Counted from the first letter of the stretch, positions 49,286 through 59,838 are shown. The stretch is DNA of 64,000 nt from Candidatus Omnitrophota bacterium (GCA_035402765.1 DAONDX010000005.1:7304-71303), one strand, 5' to 3'. The notes: a model not told the origin generated them from the letters alone. Translations and numbers: made by a program.

Positions 49286-50516
49286 CAGATATTCTTTTGT
49301 GTTGGTTCGGGAAAGAATCATCCAAGCCAGCCAGGTGTTTTAACAAATAGAATATATCCAAGATATTGATTTTTTGGGAAAGATTTTGTTTTTCCCGGAT
49401 GTTTTTACCGCTGATAATAAAAATGGCATTTTCTTTGGTGTGAATGGGGCCGTTTTCAGTTTTTCCTGTTTTCCAGGCGGAGATGCCATGATCGCTGGCG
49501 ACTAAAATTACCCAATCTTCTGAAAGCAGGGGAAACATCTCGCCGATTTTTTTATCGATATATTTATAGATATTAGCGATAGTTTTTACCTTGGCTGGAG
49601 AGCTGTTATCAACAGGAAAATAGAGATGCTCAAGAATGTCCGGACCGCCTAGGTAGAGAGAGAGGAATTCTACCTGGGGGTCGTTGGAGATGATTTCTTT
49701 AGCAATTTCAAAGGGGTATTTTGTAATTGCGTAAATGATGGGAGGCAGTAATCCGGCGTCGATTACCAGAAAAGGTATATTTAAAGCCGGCTGAAAAGGA
49801 GATAATTTGTTTTTTTTGATTACTTTAGAAGCCATTTCCCGGATATCATTTTGCATATCATCCCTATATTTTTTGACCCGGTCCGCAGGCAGATTTAAAG
49901 GAAAACCGTTTTTCGACATTTCTTCGCGCAGTTTAAAGTAGTTGGGAGTAAACATGGCGTCAATTTTTTTACTATAATCGGCTGGAAAAATCAATTTTTT
50001 TTCATCAGTAAAATTAAATAATAAGTCGGGCATGTATTTTTTTAAAAAATACCAGGGGAGAGCCCACTGGGAAAGCATATAGCCGTCTATTTTCTCTATC
50101 GGCCAGCTACCTAAAAAAGCAATAAAAGCGCTCTTAACACCATGATCGCTTAATAAATTCCATAATGCGGGAACTTTGCGCTGCTGAGAAGAGCACATTA
50201 ACACCAGCCGTCCGTCAATTACGTTAACAAAACCCCGCATGCCGTGTTCTTCTGCGGATTTCCCGGTCAACATGCTTACCCATATTTCCTGCGACCAAAA
50301 TGACTCGGTAGCCGTTTGCCCGGCAACTCCATGCTCGATTAATTTTTTAAAGTTAGGCAACTCTCCGGATTCTATCAGCGGGTTAACCACATCCCAGCTT
50401 GCGCCGTCAATACCGATAAATAAAACCTTCTGAGAGGCATGAGCCGTACCAGGTGTTAAACTTAATAGGCTGATCAAGATTAAGACCAGAATAATTGTTT
50501 TTCTTTTTGCGTTCAT
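49266..50516 (-). CDS. secreted alkaline-phosphatase-superfamily protein (type I phosphodiesterase/nucleotide pyrophosphatase-like)
   Basis: Signal peptide. LFIGIDGASWD metal-site motif. Confidence 0.6.
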   Translation of the reverse strand: MNAKRKTIILVLILISLLSLTPGTAHASQKVLFIGIDGASWDVVNPLIESGELPNFKKLIEHGVAGQTATESFWSQEIWVSMLTGKSAEEHGMRGFVNVIDGRLVLMCSSQQRKVPALWNLLSDHGVKSAFIAFLGSWPIEKIDGYMLSQWALPWYFLKKYMPDLLFNFTDEKKLIFPADYSKKIDAMFTPNYFKLREEMSKNGFPLNLPADRVKKYRDDMQNDIREMASKVIKKNKLSPFQPALNIPFLVIDAGLLPPIIYAITKYPFEIAKEIISNDPQVEFLSLYLGGPDILEHLYFPVDNSSPAKVKTIANIYKYIDKKIGEMFPLLSEDWVILVASDHGISAWKTGKTENGPIHTKENAIFIISGKNIREKQNLSQKINILDIFYLLKHLAGLDDSFPNQHKRISDEIFKS

Positions 50517-51280
50517 CGGGATATCTCTTTTAAGGATTTAACATTTTGTAATGAATAAGACAGCTCATTCTCGGATAACTCTGATAAAAAATAATTTTTC
50601 CATCTTTTAGGTTTTTGATATTGGCTGCCGGGAATATACCGGATAGACTTTTTGGCATATAAAAAAGGCAGAGAGGTATCTATCCTTTTCACAAAACCTA
50701 ATTCTTTGATCAGGGATGCCTCCTGAAAATCATTGAGCCCCAGGCAGTGGTAGTTTTTATTTTTAGATACCAGTCCTTCATTTTTTAAGTGATTTAGGAA
50801 TTTAACCCTTTTCATTTTACGCAGACTTAAATTTTCTCTTAATCTCAAGCCAAAAGGTATCCCGATAGTAGAAATTCTGGGTTCTCGCAGGAACTGTTGA
50901 TAACAATAGAGTATTTGCTTTAAGTCTTTCCCATGAACAACGGCCTGGATTTTTAGGGAGGTATTCATTTTAGTGATGGAATCGCAAAATTTTAAAGTTG
51001 AATAAACCGTGGATTTGGTATCACCCGGTTTATCCGGGGCGACTACTTCATCAGGGTTGATGAGCTCAATCGCCCGAAAGAGATCACTAGGCGATACGGG
51101 CCTGCGTAATTCATAGCTGGAATTATCTAAAACTATGGATTTACCTGCTTGAGATTGATTTTTCAAAAAATTTCTATAGGGATCGCAGGCCACGACCAGG
51201 TGCGCCAGGGCCATTTCGAAATCGCTGTATTGAGAAAAAATATGATAATAGTTAACCGGACAGATTATTGCCAGGTCCAT
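50513..51280 (-). CDS. hypothetical protein
   Basis: 255-aa ORF, translationally coupled (overlapping) with both neighbouring genes. Confidence 0.4.
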   Translation of the reverse strand: MDLAIICPVNYYHIFSQYSDFEMALAHLVVACDPYRNFLKNQSQAGKSIVLDNSSYELRRPVSPSDLFRAIELINPDEVVAPDKPGDTKSTVYSTLKFCDSITKMNTSLKIQAVVHGKDLKQILYCYQQFLREPRISTIGIPFGLRLRENLSLRKMKRVKFLNHLKNEGLVSKNKNYHCLGLNDFQEASLIKELGFVKRIDTSLPFLYAKKSIRYIPGSQYQKPKRWKNYFLSELSENELSYSLQNVKSLKEISR

Positions 51281-52388
51281 AAAGACTCCCTAATTTTAAG
51301 GCAGCATATATTCTAAGCCAAGATAAACAGGCGGTAAAATTCGATAAAGTGTTTATATAATGATAGTTTACATTGTAACACATACAACTGACCGGAGCTT
51401 GTTTTTTGTGCGACAGGTTACCGGCATCCAGGATATTTCCTGAGCAATCGCCTTTTATCGCGCAATTCCAGATTTTCCCTTGAGGGGTTATGTGCAAGGC
51501 AAAATTGCCTATCCGGCAATCGATATTCTTTGGTGAAATAATATTTTTTTCTAAAAAGTCAGCGTAGGAAATCAAAAAAGTCCTTTTTACCGGATCAGTA
51601 GGCAATGTTTTTATATATTTTCTAAAAACATTGATTATCGGCAGCAACTCTTCTTTTTCGAGATTTTGGGAAAGGGAGGAGTTTTCATTAAACAATTCTT
51701 TTCTGCTTTCAGCGATGCCGATACCATATGAAAAATTTAATTTATGTTTTATACGGTTGCTTTTAACGAAAGAGAGGATCTCTTGGAAATTTCCGATATT
51801 GTATTGAGAGATAGTAGTAAAGAAGCCTAATTCTAAATAATTTGAATTCTCTTTGGTTAAATTTGCTAATAATTCAATGGTTTTCAGGGTAGATTGGAAT
51901 GCCCCCTGGCGCCCCCGCATTAGGTCATGCGTTGCGCCGACTCCGTCCAAACTGATGTTTAAGAATGTTTTATTCTGGTATCTTCTGTTCAACTTGCAGA
52001 TTAATTTAGAATCTTCATAAATTTTTTTAGGACAGGTAGCCGAGACCGGGATAGTGATAACCAGGGGTTTTAAGTGTTCCAGGCAGGCAGAATAAATATC
52101 TATTAAATCCGCCCGCAGGAAAGGGTTCCCCCCGGTAAGGGTAACCCAGATAATATTTTCTTTGGATATTTTTTTAATTACTTGCAGCCATTGCTGGGTG
52201 TTTAGTTCTTTTTTGCCGCGGCCATTTTCCCAGATGTTGCAGGTTTTGCACGCCGAGTCACATTTGAAGGTTAAGCTGAATACGCAAGAAAAGAAATAAC
52301 GGTGATTGTTCAGCCAGATAAAAGGAAGCTTGGACAGAAAAAATAATTTTTTTCGCAAATTTTGTTTAATCAAATTAGCCATTTCCAA
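51252..52388 (-). CDS. radical SAM protein with C-terminal SPASM/twitch-like Cys-rich domain
   Basis: CDSACKTCNIW (CxxxCxxC), GGNPFL. C-terminal CRIGNF...NCAIKGDCSGN...CMC. Confidence 0.7.
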   Translation of the reverse strand: MEMANLIKQNLRKKLFFLSKLPFIWLNNHRYFFSCVFSLTFKCDSACKTCNIWENGRGKKELNTQQWLQVIKKISKENIIWVTLTGGNPFLRADLIDIYSACLEHLKPLVITIPVSATCPKKIYEDSKLICKLNRRYQNKTFLNISLDGVGATHDLMRGRQGAFQSTLKTIELLANLTKENSNYLELGFFTTISQYNIGNFQEILSFVKSNRIKHKLNFSYGIGIAESRKELFNENSSLSQNLEKEELLPIINVFRKYIKTLPTDPVKRTFLISYADFLEKNIISPKNIDCRIGNFALHITPQGKIWNCAIKGDCSGNILDAGNLSHKKQAPVSCMCYNVNYHYINTLSNFTACLSWLRIYAALKLGSLYGPGNNLSG

Positions 52389-53772
52389 GCCGTTTAATTA
52401 ATAAATTTCCCAGGGCCATAAAATGATCCCCGGTATGAATTAAATCATATCTTAATATCGCGGTAATTAACTTAAAGACTTTTTTATAAAATGGATCGTT
52501 AAAAGCGGCGAGCAAGTGATAATTTTTATATAAAAGGTTGCTTTGATAATACATTTTAATTTTTAGGGAAGCTGGATAATCTAACCCGGAAACAACCGGT
52601 TTTATTTCTACGCATTGGCTGCTTTTTTCCCAATCCGCTCCGCCTTTGCGTTTTTCCGAGATTTGCTCCCAGATGGGAGTTTGGGGGTAGGCGATAAAAT
52701 AATTAAAGATCGCCGCATTCAAGCCGAGCTCCCGGGTTTTTTTTACGGTTTGGCAATCCTTTTGATAATTACTATAAGGAAGGCCCAGGATGAATTGGCC
52801 GATAACTTTTATTCCCGCTTTTTGCAGGTATTTGACAGTAGCGGTTATATCTTGAAGGGTCTCGCCTTTATTTAGATTTTCAAATACTTCTTGGTCCAGG
52901 CTTTCAATGCCGATGCTTATATATTCGCAGCCTGCTTTTTTCATGAGGCTGAGAAGATTAAAATTCAAGGTATCTGCCCGGAATCCATTTACGCATCCCC
53001 ATTTTAAATTCCAGGTATTTTTTAATAATGCTTCGCAAAACTCCGCAACCCTTTTTTCATCTAAAGTGAAATTATCGTCTTTTATCCTGAAATTCTTTAT
53101 CTGGTGTTTCTTTATGGCTGCTTGAAGCTCATCGATAACATTGGCGATCGTACGGCTGCGCCATTGGGGCCCGGATACTTTTGGCACGACACAATAGCTG
53201 CATTGGTATGGGCATCCTCTGCTGGTAACTAAAGGGTAGGACTTGATACCTTGTCTCTTAATTGAATCGAAAACTTCATAGTTCGGATAGGGGAGAGCGT
53301 CCAAATCTTTGATAAAAGAGTATTGGGTATATTTTATTTGGCCGGCGTATTTATAGACAATGCCTTCCACCTCATCCAGGGATTGCTGGCCGGCCAACGC
53401 TTTGACTAATTCTAAGAAAGAATTTTCTCCCTCGCCAATTATCCCCGCGTCGAAGATCGGGTATTGTTTGATAAAATCTTCTTTTAGTAAAGTTACTCCC
53501 GGTCCGCCGCCAACGATTATTTTACTTTTATCATGCTGTTTGATGATCCTGGCAATTTTAACGGCTTCCGGTAAAGTAGCCGTTTTTATGGAAATTCCGA
53601 TGATTGGTGAAGAAATAGCTTTTAGCCGGGATAGAAAGTTTGCAGGATAATTATTAAAATCGATTATTTCCGGATCGAATCCTTTAGAAATTAACGCCCC
53701 CGCCAAATACCCCAGGCCGGTATTTAAGCCTTCCAGGGTGCCTTTAGGGTCAATGAGAGTGATTCTTAGCAT
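52375..53772 (-). CDS. B12-binding domain radical SAM protein (class B)
   Basis: N-terminal Rossmann-like B12 domain, SRGCPYQCSYCVV. Confidence 0.8.
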   Translation of the reverse strand: MLRITLIDPKGTLEGLNTGLGYLAGALISKGFDPEIIDFNNYPANFLSRLKAISSPIIGISIKTATLPEAVKIARIIKQHDKSKIIVGGGPGVTLLKEDFIKQYPIFDAGIIGEGENSFLELVKALAGQQSLDEVEGIVYKYAGQIKYTQYSFIKDLDALPYPNYEVFDSIKRQGIKSYPLVTSRGCPYQCSYCVVPKVSGPQWRSRTIANVIDELQAAIKKHQIKNFRIKDDNFTLDEKRVAEFCEALLKNTWNLKWGCVNGFRADTLNFNLLSLMKKAGCEYISIGIESLDQEVFENLNKGETLQDITATVKYLQKAGIKVIGQFILGLPYSNYQKDCQTVKKTRELGLNAAIFNYFIAYPQTPIWEQISEKRKGGADWEKSSQCVEIKPVVSGLDYPASLKIKMYYQSNLLYKNYHLLAAFNDPFYKKVFKLITAILRYDLIHTGDHFMALGNLLIKRLGNG

Positions 53773-55076
53773 GTTGTTTTTTGAATATCCGATATTAAAA
53801 TTTTATATTTACCGTGTTTAGTCAAAGGTAAGTCTTGGACCAATTGGACAGTAACTTCAATTTTTTCCCGGAGAGCTTCCTGGATCCTGACGGCAATTTC
53901 TTTTTTAAACGTTTCATCGATATTTCTGCGCGCCACTATGAATACGATAAATTTATCATAGTCTTTTTGGATTATTTTATAGCGGTAAATTTTTTCCGTA
54001 AATTCGTCGGTATTAAAATAACTGTCCTTTTGGATGCTATCTAAAACTTGACGGGGGGAAATAAGCTTACCTGAAGGGAGGATAACAAAATCGTCATTGC
54101 GGCCTTCGATTTCCAGGATCTTAGAGAATTCTCTGCCGCATTTACATTTTGTTTTTGGCCCCCGGATACCAATGTCTCCGGTGGCATAACGGATAAGCGG
54201 CATGGCTAAATTGAATAAAGAGGTAATTACAATCATGCCGCGTTCTCCGGGCTGCGCGGGAGTCTGGTCATCTTTGAGAATTTCTACGATTAGGTAGTCA
54301 TCGTCAACATGGTATCCGCCTCCTTGAGGGCATTCCCAGGCGATCCTGGTAAATTCAGATAATCCGTATTCATCTAACAGCCTGCAGTGGAAGGTGGCTT
54401 CCAGGAATTCCCGCATTTGGCGGGTGACTGTTTCGCCGTGGGTAATAATGAGCCGGGGTCTGATCGGCAGTGAGTTCTTTTTGACTTCTTTAGCGATGGA
54501 GTATAGGGTAGAAGGAAAACAATGTATGACCGTGGGTTTCATTGAAATTAATTTTTTAATTTGGGTTTCCACCGGTTCAGTAAAAAGAATCAGGTTTTTT
54601 TTCATTAAGCCCAGATGCTCCCAGAGTTTTTTCTTTTCAAAAGGTTTATACCAAAAGTATGCCATCCTGTCCCAGGGCTTAAGCTGATGTATAAAAAAAG
54701 CCCGCGCATAAATGGCCTCAACATAATCGTAATTTTGCAAGTCATAATAAGTTACCATGGGGATGCCGCTGGAACCCGAGGAGTCTTTTTTGATACACTT
54801 TTTGACCGCTGTTCCTTGAGCGATAAAGTCCGGCAGGTTAGCTACCACCAGTTCATTATTGATAATAGGCAGCAGTTTTAAATCTTCTATTCCTTTGAAT
54901 TTATCAGGATCAAGGTTGAGTTTATTGAATAGATGATGATAAAAATTAACGTTCTTTCCAGCATAGCGCAAAATAAACCGTAATTTTAAGTTTTGGAATT
55001 TATTCAACCGGTTAAAATCCCACCACTGTTGTATAAAAAAAGCCTTGATTAAAAAATAGAATTTTCTGATTATCAT
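53766..55076 (-). CDS. phenylacetate-CoA ligase family adenylating enzyme (PaaK/CapK/F390-synthetase-like)
   Basis: SSGSSGIPMVTYYD P-loop-like AMP-binding motif. YATGDIG and KHGKYK C-terminal lysine. 436 aa. Confidence 0.7.
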   Translation of the reverse strand: MIIRKFYFLIKAFFIQQWWDFNRLNKFQNLKLRFILRYAGKNVNFYHHLFNKLNLDPDKFKGIEDLKLLPIINNELVVANLPDFIAQGTAVKKCIKKDSSGSSGIPMVTYYDLQNYDYVEAIYARAFFIHQLKPWDRMAYFWYKPFEKKKLWEHLGLMKKNLILFTEPVETQIKKLISMKPTVIHCFPSTLYSIAKEVKKNSLPIRPRLIITHGETVTRQMREFLEATFHCRLLDEYGLSEFTRIAWECPQGGGYHVDDDYLIVEILKDDQTPAQPGERGMIVITSLFNLAMPLIRYATGDIGIRGPKTKCKCGREFSKILEIEGRNDDFVILPSGKLISPRQVLDSIQKDSYFNTDEFTEKIYRYKIIQKDYDKFIVFIVARRNIDETFKKEIAVRIQEALREKIEVTVQLVQDLPLTKHGKYKILISDIQKTTC

Positions 55077-55087
55077 TTTTTGCGCCT

Positions 55088-55987
55088 TTATTGTTTAGTG
55101 GTATTAATTGCCGGCCACTTAAGCAGATCCCTGCCCCGGAAATTATCGCATAGCCCCAACATTAAAGCGTATGCTTCGATAAGCATTAATAAAATTATTG
55201 AAACTACCTTGGTTAAATTCAGATTATGCCGAAGCAGGAATTTATGCCAAATTTTAAGGTCGCGGGTCGAGGCCCGGTAGTTTCTTTTTAAAGAATAATT
55301 AATATATTGCGCTGAAATCCTCCTTCTTTGGGATAAGTATTCTTTCCAGCTCAGCGGAACGCGGGTGTAAACATGCTTAGAAGGCAGATACTGGATTTTA
55401 AGCCCGCTTTTTGAAACCAGTTCTTCGATAATTAGATCATCTAAGCCTACCAACGGTAAATTAATGAATCTTTTTTTGAATCCGATTACCTCACTTATTT
55501 TAGGTTTGATTAAAGACAACTGGTGATGTAAGTCCCACAGAGTATTGATGATTCGTCTTAGAGTAGCTGAAGGGATGCGTTCTGGGTCCAGAGGCCCGAT
55601 GCGTGGACCGATCATTCCGATCTCAGGATTCTCGGCTAGAGCGCAGGTGAGATTTTTTAATACATCCTCACCGAGAATAACATCCATGTTAGATATAATG
55701 CAGAAGTCATACTTTGATTCTTTCAGGAATAAATTTATGGCATTGATTTTGCCGATTCTTTGAGGGTTGCAGATTATTTTACAATCCAAAAATCCGGCCT
55801 GGTTTATCTCAAGTTGCAAGCGCTCTTGATCAGCCGGTGATAATTCGTCAAAAATGAAGTAAATTTGAAGAGGAATATTCTGATCGAATAAACGGATATT
55901 TTTCAAAAAGCTTTCGAAGAATTTAGGGAAATTATTAACTTCTAGATAACCGATAACACCTATGCTTATGCCGTTGTGAATATTCAT
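55088..55987 (-). CDS. family 2 glycosyltransferase
   Basis: GT-A fold motifs. DxD-like ISNMDV. About 300 aa, consistent with a polyprenyl-phosphate sugar synthase. Confidence 0.7.
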   Translation of the reverse strand: MNIHNGISIGVIGYLEVNNFPKFFESFLKNIRLFDQNIPLQIYFIFDELSPADQERLQLEINQAGFLDCKIICNPQRIGKINAINLFLKESKYDFCIISNMDVILGEDVLKNLTCALAENPEIGMIGPRIGPLDPERIPSATLRRIINTLWDLHHQLSLIKPKISEVIGFKKRFINLPLVGLDDLIIEELVSKSGLKIQYLPSKHVYTRVPLSWKEYLSQRRRISAQYINYSLKRNYRASTRDLKIWHKFLLRHNLNLTKVVSIILLMLIEAYALMLGLCDNFRGRDLLKWPAINTTKQ

Positions 55988-56004
55988 TTAGGAGCGTTAA
56001 AGTT

Positions 56005-57360
56005 TTAATAAGGCGTAAAATCAACTATGGGAAATACCTCTTGATATAAATCCGCGTTTTGGAACTCTAACAAGGTTATTGGCCAGGAGTATGGCAATCC
56101 AAATACGGTATCAAATTTCTTAGTGACGAAACTTACTAAAATGGGCACGACATTATCTTTTTCAGCAAGCCGTTGAAAAAATGCGCGGTTGATTTTCATA
56201 AGTAGAATATAAATAGCCCATCTTGATAATTGCGGCTGAAAAACAAGCTTTGCGTAGCGCTTGTTTCTTAAAATATCAATTATTTTATCTAAAACGGCTT
56301 CTTCCATGGCTAAGGATAATTTGTTTTGCCTGCGTTGAGTATAAATACCCCCGAACCTAAAAACCGGTAAATTAACCGGGATTTTATTCTTTACGATAAA
56401 TTCAACCAGCTCTTGGCGGAGAGCATCAAATTTATTAAATATCCTTTGGTTGGAATTGAAATATTCTCCGATATCCTGCATGATCATTTCGATATCCGTG
56501 ATAATTTGTTCTCCGAAATTGTTCAAAACCTCAGGTTCCAGATAAATAGACTTGAAATTTACTCCCTGGATGAACTTATTTTTAGCGGTGAAATCTAAAA
56601 TGGGGTGGATTTGACTGCGGTTTATGCCTTGGACAACCGTGGTATGCAGCGTAGCTTTAAGGCCTAAAGCGGCGATATTCTCCAGGGCTTGCAATTTTAA
56701 ATTTAGTTCGCCAGGGTTATCCCTTAATAGCGCATAAGTTTTAGGATCGAATCCGTCAAAAGATAAAAAAATAGTTTCTAACCCGGAATCTTTTAAACCC
56801 TGCAGGAAATTTTTGTCCGCCAATTTCAGGCCGTTGGTAAAAACTACCGGGGTATTACCTGATTTTTTCGTAGCTTCAATTATTCCCCTCAGGTTGTTGT
56901 GTAAGGTCGGTTCTCCTCCGAAGAGGATGATGGATTTATTTTTGTTACGGATTTTACCCAAAAAACTTATAAAATTATTAAAGTTAAAATCCGGTAACTT
57001 ATCCTTATCCCGTTCGTAGCATATTTTACAGTTTGTATTGCAGGTTTTATTTACAAAGAAAAGGAAGGAAGGTATTTCCTCCCAATTAATGATATCTTCA
57101 AAGGTAAATTTTTCCTTCCCCAGTTCTACTTTTAACTTTGGCCAGTTTCTAGGAAGGAATTCTTTTTTCCATTGTCCGGGGTAGCCGTTTTTGGAAATAA
57201 TTCTTTCGAAATCTTTGTTTTCAGCCGGGCAATGCCCCGCAAAACGCAGGTATTTATCCTTGTGGAAGGCAGCGGGGGCTAACCGCAGGCAGGATGGGCA
57301 GAAAGAAGCTCCCTTAAGATTTATTCCTGAATCGGCGTAAGTTTTAGTTGAAGTTGACAA
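56005..57360 (-). CDS. radical SAM protein
   Basis: CNTNCKICY (CxxxCxxC). N-terminal Cys pairs (CPSC...HCP) are zinc-ribbon-like. Confidence 0.75.
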   Translation of the reverse strand: MSTSTKTYADSGINLKGASFCPSCLRLAPAAFHKDKYLRFAGHCPAENKDFERIISKNGYPGQWKKEFLPRNWPKLKVELGKEKFTFEDIINWEEIPSFLFFVNKTCNTNCKICYERDKDKLPDFNFNNFISFLGKIRNKNKSIILFGGEPTLHNNLRGIIEATKKSGNTPVVFTNGLKLADKNFLQGLKDSGLETIFLSFDGFDPKTYALLRDNPGELNLKLQALENIAALGLKATLHTTVVQGINRSQIHPILDFTAKNKFIQGVNFKSIYLEPEVLNNFGEQIITDIEMIMQDIGEYFNSNQRIFNKFDALRQELVEFIVKNKIPVNLPVFRFGGIYTQRRQNKLSLAMEEAVLDKIIDILRNKRYAKLVFQPQLSRWAIYILLMKINRAFFQRLAEKDNVVPILVSFVTKKFDTVFGLPYSWPITLLEFQNADLYQEVFPIVDFTPY

Positions 57361-57550
57361 GTCTATCCTTAAAGAGGCTTTAATTTTTTTTACAACCGGA
57401 GGATTTATTTATATCCGGCAGTTTAATTCCATCTAGTTATAATGTTACTTAGATAAGGTGTTTATCCGACTCCTGGCTAGCGGCGGGTTTTTGTTGATAT
57501 ATGAAATAATCCGGTTTCAGGAGGGGGAAATTCTGCAATTTGAGCCAAGT

Positions 57551-58438
57551 TTAGCGCGCATTTATCTGATCTTCTAACGGAATAGCTGTAGGTGTAAAGT
57601 AAAAGCTTTCGATAATGCCAACTCCGGTTTTAGAAAATTCAAAATTGATAAACTTATTTATGTCGCTTTGGGCAGGATCTTTTACCACTTGCTTGAGCAC
57701 ATTCAATAGGACTGTTTTTTCTTTTCCATCTTGATCAACAATAGTCAAAAAATCAATATTGATGAAATCTTTTTTAGAAATTAATCCGGTTTTTGCTCCG
57801 ATCACTCCCAGGCCCAGAGGATCATTTTCAACTTTTTGGATTACCTCTTCATCGGTGGCTGCTAATTCCGTGCGGGCAATATCATCGCCTCCTAAAAGGA
57901 TTTTTAAGAATTCTAAATCCTGAGAATTAGTTGTTTGTTTGGCGTAGATATTAATTTTGCCATTTACCTGGGGGTTTATTTCCTGCCATTCGTTTATTTC
58001 TCCCGAGAGGGCTCTTTTTAATGTATCCCACTCTACTTTTTTAGCAGCGGCGGTTTTGTGAACGATAAAGTTGACTCCTGAATAAGCTAACTCCAAAATT
58101 TTAGCATTCGGAAATTTCATCAACAGTTCCATGGATTCTTCAGGGTTAAGCGTCCTGGATATATTTGCGATATCGCAGCTGCCGTCTAGTAAATTTTTAA
58201 ATCCTTGGGTTGAGCTGGTGCTTTTAACCTGAATTTTTATTTCGGGGTTGGTTTTAGTAAATTCTTCAGCAAATAGAGAGGTAAAATCCAACATGGCCAG
58301 CGAACCATCGATATTAATTGTTGTTTCCTGAGCCAGGAGTTTTCCGGTAAAGGAGTTTTCTTTAGCCGGCAGGAGGAAGAGCATTAAGAATGAAATTAAA
58401 ATTATACTTAATTTTTGTCTATGCATGGTTATTCCCAT
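57551..58438 (-). CDS. periplasmic substrate-binding protein, PstS/PBP-like
   Basis: Signal peptide. TSSTQGFKNLLDGSCDIANISR resembles the PstS-family binding-site segment. Low certainty. Confidence 0.35.
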   Translation of the reverse strand: MGITMHRQKLSIILISFLMLFLLPAKENSFTGKLLAQETTINIDGSLAMLDFTSLFAEEFTKTNPEIKIQVKSTSSTQGFKNLLDGSCDIANISRTLNPEESMELLMKFPNAKILELAYSGVNFIVHKTAAAKKVEWDTLKRALSGEINEWQEINPQVNGKINIYAKQTTNSQDLEFLKILLGGDDIARTELAATDEEVIQKVENDPLGLGVIGAKTGLISKKDFINIDFLTIVDQDGKEKTVLLNVLKQVVKDPAQSDINKFINFEFSKTGVGIIESFYFTPTAIPLEDQINAR

Positions 58439-58440
58439 CC

Positions 58441-58683
58441 TTAATCAGCTACTGGTTTATTAAAGTAACTGATTAATATTGTGCCATAATCAGGTTTATT
58501 TGTCAATAATTCTATTAATTGTTTTGCGGCTGTTTTATGGGCCAAACTGCTGTTTTTTTGATCGTTTGGGAATAATTTAATTTTTAGCCCGGAGATACCG
58601 GTTGGACGGTTTTTATATACCAAACGGATAGATGATCGGCTTAAATTTGTTAATCGAATTCTAATTTTTAAATTTTCAGCCAC
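58441..58683 (-). CDS. small hypothetical protein (first gene of the minus-strand operon)
   Basis: 80-aa ORF abutting the next gene. No motif recognised. Confidence 0.3.
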   Translation of the reverse strand: MAENLKIRIRLTNLSRSSIRLVYKNRPTGISGLKIKLFPNDQKNSSLAHKTAAKQLIELLTNKPDYGTILISYFNKPVAD

Positions 58684-58928
58684 TTTTAAGCGGTTACTTA
58701 CCGAATTTGTTTGATAATTTCTGGATTGTGGTTATAATTAATTTAAAGGGTTAAGATTAATCCGCGTGTTTTTAAGGAGCAAATTAAAGCTAAGGAGGAT
58801 TATTCCTTTTAATTATAGAGCAGCTAGCAGATTTCTTCTTTATTATTAGAAATAAACGCAGTTTAATTAAACTAGCCGCAATTATCTGAAGCATTCGGTA
58901 ATAGCGTAGCTGGTTTAAGATAGGCAGT

Positions 58929-59573
58929 GTGAGAGATCTCCCACCCCATAAAAAAAATATTTCTCAAAAACTCATCAGGCATGTTAAGCAGCTGCGGCAA
59001 TGCCGGAAGTGCCGGGAAATGTATCCTCCGGTAGTTAGCGGGGGGGCGGTAGTCAGCAAAGTTTTATTGGTGGGGCAGGCGCCCGGGGATAAAGAACCTA
59101 AGCTTGGCCGGCCTTTTGCCTGGACCGCGGGGAAAACTCTTTTTGGCTGGTTTAACCAAGCCGCGGGAATAAGCGAGGAACAATTTCGCGCTTCTATATA
59201 TATGGTTGCTGTCTGCCGTTGCTTTCCCGGGAAAAATCCTGAAGGCGGAGACCGGGTGCCTTCGCCGCAGGAAGTATCAAGGTGCTCCGTTTGGCTTAAA
59301 CGTGAGTTTGATATTTTACATCCCACTTTAGTAATCCCGGTCGGTAAGCTGGCAATTTCTCAATTTCTTCCATTACAAAAACTTGATCAAATCATCGGGC
59401 GCCGGTTTAAAGTTACTTACGCCGGGCATAACCTTGATCTTATTCCTTTGCCCCATCCTTCAGGAGCTTCTCCTTGGCATCGCCAAGAGCCGGGTAAGCG
59501 CCTGCTCAAGAAAGGTCTAAAACTTATTGTTAAACATAAGTCTTTTAATTTTAAAAAAGGCAGTACAATATGA
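58929..59573 (+). CDS. uracil-DNA glycosylase superfamily protein (family 4-like, Fe-S)
   Basis: CRKC...CRC Cys ligands, GQAPG motif A, LPHPSG motif B. Start codon uncertain (GTG). Confidence 0.65.
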   Translation: MRDLPPHKKNISQKLIRHVKQLRQCRKCREMYPPVVSGGAVVSKVLLVGQAPGDKEPKLGRPFAWTAGKTLFGWFNQAAGISEEQFRASIYMVAVCRCFPGKNPEGGDRVPSPQEVSRCSVWLKREFDILHPTLVIPVGKLAISQFLPLQKLDQIIGRRFKVTYAGHNLDLIPLPHPSGASPWHRQEPGKRLLKKGLKLIVKHKSFNFKKGSTI

Positions 59574-59776
59574 ATTTTCAACTTAAATTCGAATTTATCG
59601 AGTTGGATAACCTGCTGAAAGTGTTAGAATTGGCCGCTAGCGGCTCAGAGGCTAAACAAATTATTTTATCCGGGGAAGTTAAGGTTAACGGCCAGGTGGA
59701 AAGCCGTATCCGCCGGAAACTGTATCCTGGGGATTTCGTGGAATTCCGGCAGCAGCAGATCAGTGTTGTAAAATAG
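59570..59776 (+). CDS. S4-domain RNA-binding protein
   Basis: 68 aa. ILSGEVKVNGQVESRIRRKLYPGD, typical S4 fold. Confidence 0.65.
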   Translation: MNFQLKFEFIELDNLLKVLELAASGSEAKQIILSGEVKVNGQVESRIRRKLYPGDFVEFRQQQISVVK

Positions 59777-59838
59777 CCGGTGTAAATTAAAAAAAGTAAT
59801 AATTTCGGGAATAAAATTTAAATTTTTACGTCTAATCT

